The notes beneath the pieces were generated by a model. It was not told where the DNA came from. It worked only from the letters and a program-made list of their open reading frames with translations, and ran no database searches. This document shows, piece after piece, positions 8,988 to 17,114 of a stretch of DNA of 41,106 bases. Every line of letters begins with the position of its first letter. Position 1 is the stretch's first letter. This stretch comes from Phycisphaerae bacterium. GTDB taxonomy: Bacteria; Planctomycetota; Phycisphaerae; Sedimentisphaerales; Anaerobacaceae. The DNA lies in the NCBI GenBank assembly GCA_029858035.1, contig JAOUFU010000001.1, forward strand, positions 1 through 41,106. Reading direction: 5' to 3'. The translations under genes and the position numbers were made by a program.

Positions 8988-10241
8988 TTATTGACCATTT
9001 ATGAGCAAATATTGTGGATTTTGTGATATAGTCAACTCCAGACCGCCATTTTTCTCGGCAGAGGCTGTTCTTTTTTCCTCCTTGCCAAGGAAGTGGAAGA
9101 TCCTCACATCACGGGCTTCTATAGGTAATGTTACCTTATGTTCTTTGCCTATCGTCCAGATTGCCATCGCCTCGGCTTTTTCCCTGGTCAGTATGAAGGC
9201 GAAATCTTCGTCGCTGCCCAATTCAAGTCGTTTGTCGATAGAGAATCCGGATAGAATGGAGGAGAAGGTCTCGGCTGCAAGGTAAGCTGGCTTGGGTTTT
9301 AGGTCGTGCATTACGGTTCCAAAATGATGTTCTCTATCGTTTGGATTGGTGCCATCGTTTTTCCAGTCATACCAGATGCTGACGGGGATTTTCTGGTATA
9401 GATTGATCAAAAACACTCTGGCCAGATACTGGGCCTGCTGCTCATTGGAAAGGCGGGCGTTGTCCCAGTTGATGTTCGAGTAGCCCCATTCGCCGGAGAT
9501 TATGGGAATATTCTTACCTTCAGGAGCGTAGAGTTTCATGAGTTCGCGGAGTCGAGCGTAGTCTTTGATCACGGTTTCGGGCGGGTGGGGACGGTATGGA
9601 TGGACACTAAGGACGTCGATCCACTTTAGCAGCCCTCTCTTGAAGCAGTCCTCAAGCCATTTGAAAGGGATTGTCGATGTAGCCGGAGCAACGACCAAGC
9701 CGGTATTGTCGGCTTTTTTAAGTCGGGCTGCCGTTACTTTAACAAGCTTGCAGTAATCGTCAACATTTGGCTGAGGTCTCCAAAACAGCTTTATGTTAGA
9801 CTCATTCCATATCTCCCATAGAATTCCTTTGCCTGAATATCTGGCTGCGGCAGCTTCGGCGAAGGCGGCGAATGCCCTGCGTCCCTGCTCTGTGCAGACG
9901 GACCTGTCTGACTCATAAAGTCGATTGCTGTAATCGAGAATATACAGGATGCGTATGCTTCGTTTGGAGCATCCTTTTGTCAGGGCGTCATAACCGGATT
10001 TCTCGAATTCGTAGACTCCTTTTTCTCTCTCGATAGCTTCCCATGTCAGGTCCATCCTGATGAACTTAAATCCTGCATCAGCGATTAAATCCAAATCCCG
10101 CGGATTGCCCCTGAAATGTATGTTGACGCCGAAGCCATTCGGCACTGTTAGGGTGGGCATTTGAGCCGCTGCCGTACAGGGGCACGCAGCTATCCCCAAA
10201 AATACACAGATGGCGAAAGAGATGTAATAGTGTTTAATCAT
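8988..10241 (-). CDS. Secreted glycoside hydrolase, clan GH-A (GH5-like (beta/alpha)8 barrel)
   Basis: 417 aa with an N-terminal signal peptide (MIKHYYISFAICVFLGIAACPCTAAAQ). Contains GVNIHF...FKFIRMDLTWEAIE, the acid/base motif WEIWNESN (the NE of clan GH-A) and a nucleophile-like IISGEWGYS. Confidence 0.65.
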   Translation of the reverse strand: MIKHYYISFAICVFLGIAACPCTAAAQMPTLTVPNGFGVNIHFRGNPRDLDLIADAGFKFIRMDLTWEAIEREKGVYEFEKSGYDALTKGCSKRSIRILYILDYSNRLYESDRSVCTEQGRRAFAAFAEAAAARYSGKGILWEIWNESNIKLFWRPQPNVDDYCKLVKVTAARLKKADNTGLVVAPATSTIPFKWLEDCFKRGLLKWIDVLSVHPYRPHPPETVIKDYARLRELMKLYAPEGKNIPIISGEWGYSNINWDNARLSNEQQAQYLARVFLINLYQKIPVSIWYDWKNDGTNPNDREHHFGTVMHDLKPKPAYLAAETFSSILSGFSIDKRLELGSDEDFAFILTREKAEAMAIWTIGKEHKVTLPIEARDVRIFHFLGKEEKRTASAEKNGGLELTISQNPQYLLINGQ

Positions 10242-10445
10242 TGGTTCAGATCTCCTTTAATTGCCAAAATGGTGTATGTAATTTATCCTTAGCAAGTACA
10301 TTTGATTATACGCAATTGGTTAAGGCATCACCGGCGAACAAGACGGGTAGCCGACACTGTCGATAGTAGTTAGTGTAAATGTAAATTTCACCCCTGTCCA
10401 TAGTTTTTGAAATCAGCCCAATTGTGTATGGAAGGCCACCGAATT

Positions 10446-10463
10446 TCAATCAAAAGCGCACAT
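10446..10463. repeat. Copy 1 of a perfect 18-bp direct repeat, TCAATCAAAAGCGCACAT
   Basis: Exact match to 10554-10571, with starts 108 bp apart. It lies in the 481-bp non-coding region between the divergent glycosidase and portal genes. Confidence 0.9.
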
Positions 10464-10553
10464 TGATTCCTTGGGGGGACAGTTGCTGGTTGTCGGGGTA
10501 ATACGCAAAACGGTCATATTTCCCGTTAAGATGGGTAAGAATTTTGCAAAAAA

Positions 10554-10571
10554 TCAATCAAAAGCGCACAT
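10554..10571. repeat. Copy 2 of a perfect 18-bp direct repeat, TCAATCAAAAGCGCACAT
   Basis: Exact match to 10446-10463. Confidence 0.9.
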
Positions 10572-10722
10572 ACCCAAAGACAAAATCAGGAAAAAACAAA
10601 TTTTTTTTACTCCTTTTCTCACATAGGCTTAGTGAAAACCGGCCGTCAAAAAACACTTAATTTTTCGTATCAAACGTGAACATTCGTGCATTTATAGAGA
10701 GACGTTGTTTTTTTGGTGATTT

Positions 10723-12294
10723 GTGAATTGGTGGGATTTAATTATGGGATTTGACCTTTGTATCTTTAAGGATGAGCAGTTCGGGGCGGATTACGTCGAG
10801 TGGCTCGTTGATGAACACTCGGTGGATATTCGGACACACTTTTCGAAGATGTGGGAATATTACGCAAACATCAGGCAGGAAGTAATCAGCGTTGACGGCC
10901 GACGGGATTCGACAAACGGGCGATGCTATGTGCAGGCACAGGAATATGGGCTGCCTCCCAGGATAACCGGGTTCGTGCATTCGGCAAATACAGGTGTTTT
11001 CGGTGGACGGCGAGTACGCGATGTGCAGCGAAAAGAGGTGGTGATTGAGAATGATATCGCGTGGCGAATAAACGCAGCGGTGGATTTTTTGTTCGGAAAA
11101 CCAGTTAGCTTTGTGTCCAAATCGCCGGATAGTCAAAAACAGGCAAGAATAGAATCCATATTGAAAGCAGTGTTTGGGGCTAACGGCGCTGTCGGATTTT
11201 TTCAGGATATGGCAGTGCTCGGAAGTGTTTATGGTTTCGTTGATTGCCTCGTTAGGCCCAGTGACGAGATCTTAGAAAGCATTTCCTCCTCCTCCCAACC
11301 TCCTTCATTTAAAGATGTGCTGCAATTGGCACGGACAATCGACCTGGAACTGATTGAAGCACCGAGAGCACTGCCTGTTCTGGAAGAAAACGACTATAAA
11401 AAAATCAGATATTACGTGCAGCACTTTTACCAGAGGAGAAACGCCTTGAGCAGGAAAAACACTTTTCTTGCGAAACTGCTGTCGCCGAGCAGAAGGAACA
11501 GCGATAGCCGGCAAGTAATTGCGGTGACGGAGATTACTTCGGCCTTGGCCTGGCAGAGGTATGAGGACAAACAGATCGTTGCCGAGAGCGAATTGCCGTG
11601 GGGATTTTTGCCGGTAGTGCATATCCAGAACATCGCCCAGCCATACTATTACGAGGGCCTGAGCGATGTCGAGTCGCTGATATCGCTACAGGATGAGCTT
11701 AATACCAGGTTGAGCGACAGGGCGAGCAGAATTACGTTCCAGGCATTTAAGATGTATCTTGGCAAAGGGATAGAGGGCTTTGAGGACAGGCCGGTATCGC
11801 CAGGCAGGATGTGGTACACCGACAATCCGGAGGCGGCTATTGAAGAATTCGGGGGAGATGAGGCAACGCCAAGCGAGGATTTGCATATTGCTGAGATTAG
11901 AGAGGCAATGGATAAGACAAGCGGGGTCTCGCCGGTGGTGGCGGGGGTTTTGAAGAATAAACTTGGCAATCTTACAAGTGCTGTGGCCCTTAGGCTGACG
12001 TTCATGGGGATGCTCTCGAAGAATGAACGAAAGAGATTTACTTATACCGAAGGTCTGAAAAAAATCGCACAGATGGTTCTGACGATGCTCGATAGGGCCA
12101 ACATCTACAAAACCAGCAAGGCGGATAGAGAGATCGACATTATTTTCCCCAGTCCTCTGCCTGAGAATATGATGGAGAAGCTAAAGGAGGCGCAAATTAA
12201 AAAAGAATTAGGTGTTCCGACAGAGCAGGTGCTCAGAGAGTTAGGTTACGATACCATGAATGAGAGAGAAAATTCTTATCAGGAGGTCTTATGA
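10723..12294 (+). CDS. Phage portal protein (SPP1 gp6-like class)
   Basis: 523 aa. N-terminal MWEYYANIRQ..., then KEVVIENDIAWRINAAVDFLFGKPVSFVS, which follows the pattern of the conserved portal N-terminal segment (N-x-I...V-x-x-L-x-G-K-P-V). The size, and the position directly upstream of scaffold and capsid genes, fit a portal. An alternative ATG start lies at 10744. Confidence 0.72.
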   Translation: MNWWDLIMGFDLCIFKDEQFGADYVEWLVDEHSVDIRTHFSKMWEYYANIRQEVISVDGRRDSTNGRCYVQAQEYGLPPRITGFVHSANTGVFGGRRVRDVQRKEVVIENDIAWRINAAVDFLFGKPVSFVSKSPDSQKQARIESILKAVFGANGAVGFFQDMAVLGSVYGFVDCLVRPSDEILESISSSSQPPSFKDVLQLARTIDLELIEAPRALPVLEENDYKKIRYYVQHFYQRRNALSRKNTFLAKLLSPSRRNSDSRQVIAVTEITSALAWQRYEDKQIVAESELPWGFLPVVHIQNIAQPYYYEGLSDVESLISLQDELNTRLSDRASRITFQAFKMYLGKGIEGFEDRPVSPGRMWYTDNPEAAIEEFGGDEATPSEDLHIAEIREAMDKTSGVSPVVAGVLKNKLGNLTSAVALRLTFMGMLSKNERKRFTYTEGLKKIAQMVLTMLDRANIYKTSKADREIDIIFPSPLPENMMEKLKEAQIKKELGVPTEQVLRELGYDTMNERENSYQEVL

Positions 12295-12815
12295 ATCCGA
12301 GTGAGGCTCAGGACATTTTGTCAGCAGACACAGTAGGACACGGCGACGATGACAACTTGAAACTTGTTCCAGTATCCGAATCCATCCACTATCGGAAAAG
12401 GGCACAGAGTGCCGAGAAAAAAATCGAAGTTTTGGCTGAACAATTAGCTGAGGCAAAAGCGGAGGCCAAAAAGACGGCCAAACAGTTGGGCTGCATCCAG
12501 GTCGAGCAAAAGCTGGTTCGTGAATTAGCTGCTGCCGGGACTGTTGATCTGGAGACGGCTGTGTTGATTGCCAAAGCCAGAATGGAAGGGGAAACCGAAG
12601 CGGACATTGATAGTGTTATAAGGCAGTTGAAAAAGGAAAAACAATATCTGTTTGCAAGTGCCAACAGAACTGTGATGGCGACAAAGACTGCAGGGGCTAA
12701 GGAGCGAATGGAGGGCAACCAGACGGTTCTTGAAAGAGCGGCCAAGAAGGCGGCGACAACTGGTAACCGAACAGACTTGCAGGAGTATTTGAAGCTGCGA
12801 AGGAATTTTATTTGA
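12291..12815 (+). CDS. Phage scaffolding-like coiled-coil protein
   Basis: 174 aa, helical and charged (RKRAQSAEKKIEVLAEQLAEAKAEAKKTAKQL). It sits between the portal and capsid genes. The ATGA overlap with the portal stop, with AGGAGG 5 nt upstream, indicates translational coupling. Confidence 0.55.
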   Translation: MNPSEAQDILSADTVGHGDDDNLKLVPVSESIHYRKRAQSAEKKIEVLAEQLAEAKAEAKKTAKQLGCIQVEQKLVRELAAAGTVDLETAVLIAKARMEGETEADIDSVIRQLKKEKQYLFASANRTVMATKTAGAKERMEGNQTVLERAAKKAATTGNRTDLQEYLKLRRNFI

Positions 12816-12827
12816 TTGGCTAAAATG

Positions 12828-12845
12828 ACCAGCGAATTCGCTGGT
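12828..12845 (+). promoter_or_regulatory. Perfect palindromic stem-loop between the scaffold and capsid genes
   Basis: ACCAGCGAATTCGCTGGT forms a 7-bp stem with a 4-nt loop. It lies 13 nt after the scaffold stop and 23 nt before the capsid ATG. Confidence 0.5.
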
Positions 12846-12868
12846 TATAAACGAAAGGAGAGAAATAT

Positions 12869-14023
12869 ATGGCTTTTACAGGAAAAGCAACTTATTCAGC
12901 GGGTACGACATTGCCGGAATTGGCCGAAGATGTATCGGATTTGATCGGGATAATCTCGCCCTATGAGACGCCTTTGCTGGATGCTTTGGGGGATCCGATG
13001 CGAGAGGCAACAAGCACACATCACGAATGGATCGAGGATGAACTTTTGCCTAATAGGGATGCTGTTAACGACAGCACCTTTACTGATCCGGCAGCTGACA
13101 CCGATTTTGTGGTTGATAATGGCAGCAGGTTCCGTGTGGGTGACCAGATTCAGGTCGAAGGAGCGGAGGAACTAATGCTTGTCACCAGTATCAACGGCGA
13201 TACGCTGACAGTAGTTCGCGGCTATGCGGGCACTACATCGGAAGACCTTGCCGATAACCAGGTAATTAACATTCTGGGAAATGCAGCTCTTGAGGGTGAC
13301 AACAAGCCCGACGCGAGGTTTACCAATCGAAGCAGATGTGGGAATTACACCCAGATATTTACCGCTGCGGTTGAAGTGAGCGGAACCGACATTGCTGCGA
13401 GCCAACTGGGACTGGCTGATGAGTTGGATTTTCAAAAGCAGGAACGGCTGCGGGAGTTGATTCGCGATCTGGAAAATACGGTTATCAACGGTGGACAGCC
13501 GACCGGCAGTCCTGAAGGTAGCAGCTCTGTAAGGAGGTCGATGAAGGGAATTATTCAGCACATTTCAACGAATGTTTTCCATACCGGTGATAGCGGTTTC
13601 CCGAGTGGTACCGACCTTGATGAGACAAAGGTAAATTACGTGCTCAGGAAGATATGGGAGAACAGTAACGGCAATGTGGACTTGATTGTCGTGGGCGGTT
13701 TTCAGAAGCGAAAGATAAACGCGTTCTGCGCAGACAGCCGAACCTACGCGGCTAACGATACGACTTTCACCAATATGGTTAGTGTTTACGAAAGCGATTT
13801 CGGCATCTGCAGAATTGTTACTTCAAGGTGGATACCACAGGACGGAGTTTTGTTCCTGGATTCATCGAGGCTTAGCGTGCTGCCTTTGGCGGGACGAGGT
13901 TTCCATTTCAAACCTTTGGCAAGCAGTGGTGACTATGAGTGCGGCGAGCTGATTGGCGAATATACCCTGGAGCTCAAGAACGAAATGGCACATGGACTTA
14001 TTCGCGATCTAAGTATCAGCTAA
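12869..14023 (+). CDS. Major capsid protein, HK97-fold, SU10/DUF5309-like type
   Basis: 384 aa with RBS AAAGGAGA. The N-terminus (TTLPELAEDVSDLIGIISPYETPLLDALGD...HEWIEDELLP) matches my recollection of the SU10-type coat-protein N-terminus. The size and the position after the scaffold are typical of a coat protein. Confidence 0.72.
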   Translation: MAFTGKATYSAGTTLPELAEDVSDLIGIISPYETPLLDALGDPMREATSTHHEWIEDELLPNRDAVNDSTFTDPAADTDFVVDNGSRFRVGDQIQVEGAEELMLVTSINGDTLTVVRGYAGTTSEDLADNQVINILGNAALEGDNKPDARFTNRSRCGNYTQIFTAAVEVSGTDIAASQLGLADELDFQKQERLRELIRDLENTVINGGQPTGSPEGSSSVRRSMKGIIQHISTNVFHTGDSGFPSGTDLDETKVNYVLRKIWENSNGNVDLIVVGGFQKRKINAFCADSRTYAANDTTFTNMVSVYESDFGICRIVTSRWIPQDGVLFLDSSRLSVLPLAGRGFHFKPLASSGDYECGELIGEYTLELKNEMAHGLIRDLSIS

Positions 14024-14076
14024 ACAGTATGGGTCTATATCGGGCGCAATCCTGATAGGTCGGAGCGTCCTGTGTG

Positions 14077-14109
14077 GGTGCCCAAAGGAGAAACAATTCT
14101 TTGGGCACC
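14077..14109 (+). promoter_or_regulatory. Strong stem-loop immediately downstream of the capsid gene (attenuator or mRNA-stabiliser candidate)
   Basis: GGTGCCCAAAG-gagaaacaatt-CTTTGGGCACC gives an 11-bp perfect stem with an 11-nt loop. No U-tract follows. Confidence 0.55.
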
Positions 14110-14146
14110 TGACCGGCCCGGTTACACGAGAAAGGGACTAAAGAAA

Positions 14147-14803
14147 ATGGTTAGTTTTTCAAGCGATGTGGACATTTTGAGATACGAGCCGGTACTGTTC
14201 GGAGAATTACACCTGCCCGGGCAGGTATTGGCGACAGGAACGGGCGGGACACTCAGCGGGACGACATTTACTGCAAGTGGAGCAGATTTTGTAAGTGCGC
14301 AGGTCTCAGCAGGCGGAGTTGTATATATGCATACTGCAGATGGTTCGCTGGATGGGGCGTATGAGATAGTTTTTTTGGATTCATCGACACAGCTCAGCGT
14401 TTCAGTAATCAGGTCGGATTCAGATGCTGCTGCTGTAGCGCCGCCGTCTGCTACAGGTATATTTTACCGCGTCAGCACATTTGTGCCACAGGCCGGAGAA
14501 GTTGGTTTTCGGTTGACAGAACACTTTGGTATTAAGCCGGGCAATCCTGCAAGCATCTATGATGCTGATGATGTTCTGGATACAGATGTATTGAAAAGGG
14601 CATCGGTCTTTGGAGTCATCTCAAGTGTATATGCAATGTTAGCCAGCAAGGCCAAAGATGAGAATTTCTGGAAGAAGAGTCTGCATTATCAGAAACTTTT
14701 TGAGAGGGCAAAAGAGCGGTGTCGACTTAGTATTGACATCGGCTCAGATGGAGTGGCTGATGTCACCAGAGTGGGAGCGTTTGTAAGGTTGGTCCGGGAT
14801 TAG
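14147..14803 (+). CDS. Hypothetical virion protein (occupies the position of a head-tail adaptor or head-completion protein)
   Basis: 218 aa from ATG 14147 (MVSFSSDVDILRYEPVLFGEL...). The ORF-track GTG start at 14072 lies inside the hairpin and is unlikely. I recognise no family. Confidence 0.45.
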   Translation: MVSFSSDVDILRYEPVLFGELHLPGQVLATGTGGTLSGTTFTASGADFVSAQVSAGGVVYMHTADGSLDGAYEIVFLDSSTQLSVSVIRSDSDAAAVAPPSATGIFYRVSTFVPQAGEVGFRLTEHFGIKPGNPASIYDADDVLDTDVLKRASVFGVISSVYAMLASKAKDENFWKKSLHYQKLFERAKERCRLSIDIGSDGVADVTRVGAFVRLVRD

Positions 14804-14821
14804 TTAGCGAAAGGAAGGCAA

Positions 14822-15193
14822 ATGAGTGCTGCTTTGGATGGGCAAAGTTTGTTTGATAGTCAGCAGTTAGAGATTGAATTGGGCAGTATTAGTCGTGATT
14901 CGATAGAAAGAGCGGTGCCGGGACTGGACGGCGTGCTCAGTGTTGATCTGGGGGGGCGCAGCAGGAAGATAAGACAGAAATGTGTGCTACGGGCGAAAAG
15001 CCGATCTCAAATGGATGAGAGAATCAGCGCAATATCGGCCTTTATGGATGGCAATACACATACGCTAATGACCAACGGCGGTAAGGAGTTTGAAAATCTG
15101 CGGATGGATGTTTTCAAGGTGAGCAAAGAGCGAGCGGGCGGTGGTGGTATAGTTATCGATTATGAAATCGTTTATACACAGTTAAAGGTTTAG
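14822..15193 (+). CDS. Hypothetical small virion protein
   Basis: 123 aa with RBS AAAGGAAGG. The segment ERAVPGLDGVLSVDLGGRSRKIRQKCVLRAKS...GNTHTLMTNGGKEF loosely recalls N-terminal domains of Mu-type tail or baseplate proteins. This is a weak impression only. Confidence 0.4.
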   Translation: MSAALDGQSLFDSQQLEIELGSISRDSIERAVPGLDGVLSVDLGGRSRKIRQKCVLRAKSRSQMDERISAISAFMDGNTHTLMTNGGKEFENLRMDVFKVSKERAGGGGIVIDYEIVYTQLKV

Positions 15194-15198
15194 CAATA

Positions 15199-15975
15199 AT
15201 GGTACTTACCAGCAGTGGGATAGACAACATAAGGGTGTTTGAGTTGCCCTGTGGTATTTGGGCTGACGGTGAGTCCGTTGGAAGCCCACGGACAGCTTTA
15301 GTAAAGTGGCGGTCTGTTTGGGCTGACAAGTTTTATCAGATTTATGTCAACGGCCAATATGCAGGGGCGACGGTTGACAGTCAGCAAAGGCAAATGATTG
15401 TTCAGATACCAACCTCTTTAGAGTCGCCGGTTCGGATTGAGGTCTTTGCCATCGAGGCGGAACAAGCAACGACTGATTTTAGCAGTGAGATTGAATCGTC
15501 AATTGGACAGAGCGGCCGAGTTAGGATCAGTATGCTGCGTTGTCAGAGTTTGCCGATTAGTGCAATTGCTCAAGTCTACTTTGACAACGGTACGGGTGAA
15601 ATCGATTATGACAAGGCGCTCAATGATTCGCCGATTAGAATCTGGCCTACCCGCCAGGATAAAGCAGGATTTGGTATGAGCAGGTTCGGCATTAGTGATT
15701 TCGGTTATGACTCGGCGGCGGCGGTAGGGTTTGGAAAGGGTGGATTTGGTTATGGTCAGTTTGGTCTTGACGCTGATTCGTTAGAGTGGATAAGCCCAGC
15801 GATGCGCGCGGGCATTTACAAATATGCCATCAAGGTTACTGACGAGGTGGGCAATGAAAGCGGCGGCAGCGAGACGGACCAAGTCGTAGTGATACCAGCA
15901 GCAAGGCCAGCTGAGAAGATAAACATTTCTTCGTTTAATAAGCAGACGAACCAATTAGTGTTGGGTATCTCGTAA
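15199..15975 (+). CDS. FN3/Ig-like virion protein with an FG-dipeptide-rich insert
   Basis: 258 aa. Contains VYFDNGTGEIDYDKAL and GIYKYAIKVTDEVGNES, a beta-sandwich module paralogous to ORF 19062..19748. The insert is GFGMSRFGISDFGYDSAAAVGFGKGGFGYGQFG (nt 15667-15765). Confidence 0.5.
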   Translation: MVLTSSGIDNIRVFELPCGIWADGESVGSPRTALVKWRSVWADKFYQIYVNGQYAGATVDSQQRQMIVQIPTSLESPVRIEVFAIEAEQATTDFSSEIESSIGQSGRVRISMLRCQSLPISAIAQVYFDNGTGEIDYDKALNDSPIRIWPTRQDKAGFGMSRFGISDFGYDSAAAVGFGKGGFGYGQFGLDADSLEWISPAMRAGIYKYAIKVTDEVGNESGGSETDQVVVIPAARPAEKINISSFNKQTNQLVLGIS

Positions 15976-15996
15976 GAGGACAGCAAGGAGAGCATT

Positions 15997-16785
15997 ATGA
16001 GTGAAGTGTATCCATCTGATAATGAATTGTTAAACATACAATCTGACAGTGAGACTGGTGTTGAATATATTCCTACCGGTACATCGCCATATTATTTACA
16101 GTTTCGAAAATTGCTGTATCGACTATTGCTTGCTGCACGGCGGGCGAACGATTTGCGGGTTTACGACGATGGCGGACTGGATATTGGTGTAAAGGCTGGT
16201 AAGTTTTGGCTGGGTACGGAGCAAGTGAGCTATAACGGTTCTTCCGGAAATACACTGGCAGATGATAAGGAAAATATTTACGTGTATCTGGATTCGGCTG
16301 GCAATCTCGTCAGCAACGAATACAACAGCTTCCCTGATATGGTGACCACGCCTCATATACGCTTGTCGAATGTAAGCACGTCAGATGGGGATATCGAGTC
16401 AATAACCGATTGTCGCATGGGTCATAATTTTGTGATGCCGTATGAGGCTGGTGGTGTGAAAAAGACGATTGAGGCGCATACTGCTGATGATACACTGACA
16501 GTGGAGGAATCCGGCAGTGTTCATACGAATCTTGGTGCTACAGCAACGGTTACACTTACGCTGCCGGCATCGGCGCCGGAAGGTACGATATTTAACTTCG
16601 CGGTCCAGGCAGTACAGGAACTGCGAGTTGACCCGGGCACCGCGGCCATTCGGGACGACAGTGGTCAGACCGTTGGCAAATACAAGGCAGCAGATGCGAT
16701 TGGTGAATGTTTAATACTGATTGCTGATTCGAACAGTGATTGGGCCACTATTGCCAAGCACGGCACCTGGACAGAGGAAGCATAA
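15997..16785 (+). CDS. Hypothetical tail/fibre-like protein
   Basis: 262 aa with RBS AAGGAGAG. The composition is beta-rich and S/T/G/D-rich (LGATATVTLTLPASAPEGTIFNF...). No family recognised. Confidence 0.4.
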   Translation: MSEVYPSDNELLNIQSDSETGVEYIPTGTSPYYLQFRKLLYRLLLAARRANDLRVYDDGGLDIGVKAGKFWLGTEQVSYNGSSGNTLADDKENIYVYLDSAGNLVSNEYNSFPDMVTTPHIRLSNVSTSDGDIESITDCRMGHNFVMPYEAGGVKKTIEAHTADDTLTVEESGSVHTNLGATATVTLTLPASAPEGTIFNFAVQAVQELRVDPGTAAIRDDSGQTVGKYKAADAIGECLILIADSNSDWATIAKHGTWTEEA

Positions 16786-16795
16786 GAGCAGAGAA

Positions 16796-17113
16796 ATGAG
16801 AAATCATCCGCTATACCAAAAGCTAAAGCAAATAGCAATTGATAGAAATTACACCCTCGAGCAGGTGCAATTTTTAAGTTTTGCTCAGGCAACAACTTTA
16901 CTGGGTGAAAGACCTGCGAGCACCACTTTTCTTGAGAACATGAAACAGGACATAATTATGGAACTGTGGGATCGCGACGATGAGGCCAACCTGCAGCAAG
17001 TAAGGCAGAAGATTAAAACCTGGCTCGATGCCAATTTCCCTAATTGGGCAGACGAATGGGACAGGGAGGGCGGCAAACCATGTATAAAACTATGGCTGAA
17101 AGGTAAACCTTGA
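16796..17113 (+). CDS. Hypothetical small acidic helical protein
   Basis: 105 aa from ATG 16796 (MRNHPLYQKLKQIAIDRNYTLEQVQ...). The longer ORF-track start at 16721 would overlap the preceding gene by 65 nt. Confidence 0.4.
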   Translation: MRNHPLYQKLKQIAIDRNYTLEQVQFLSFAQATTLLGERPASTTFLENMKQDIIMELWDRDDEANLQQVRQKIKTWLDANFPNWADEWDREGGKPCIKLWLKGKP

Positions 17114-17114
17114 T

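Noticed and set aside
10261-10440. Possible att-type direct repeats flanking the phage-like island (left flank 10261-10440 compared with right flank 22420-22700).
   Set aside because: Only short matches were found by eye: TTGCCAAAA at about 10261 and about 22586, and AATTGT(GT)ATGGA at about 10421 and about 22524. These are too short to distinguish from chance, and no tRNA or integrase is present to anchor an att site.
10446-10571. The 18-bp repeat pair as a CRISPR array or a mini-array.
   Set aside because: There are only two copies, the spacer is about 90 bp (too long), there are no cas genes, and the repeat is not palindromic in the CRISPR manner.
14072-14146. GTG-initiated N-terminal extension of the ORF after the capsid gene (ORF track 14072..14803).
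   Set aside because: The proposed start lies inside the 11-bp stem of the 14077-14109 hairpin. The in-frame ATG at 14147 gives a sensible N-terminus.
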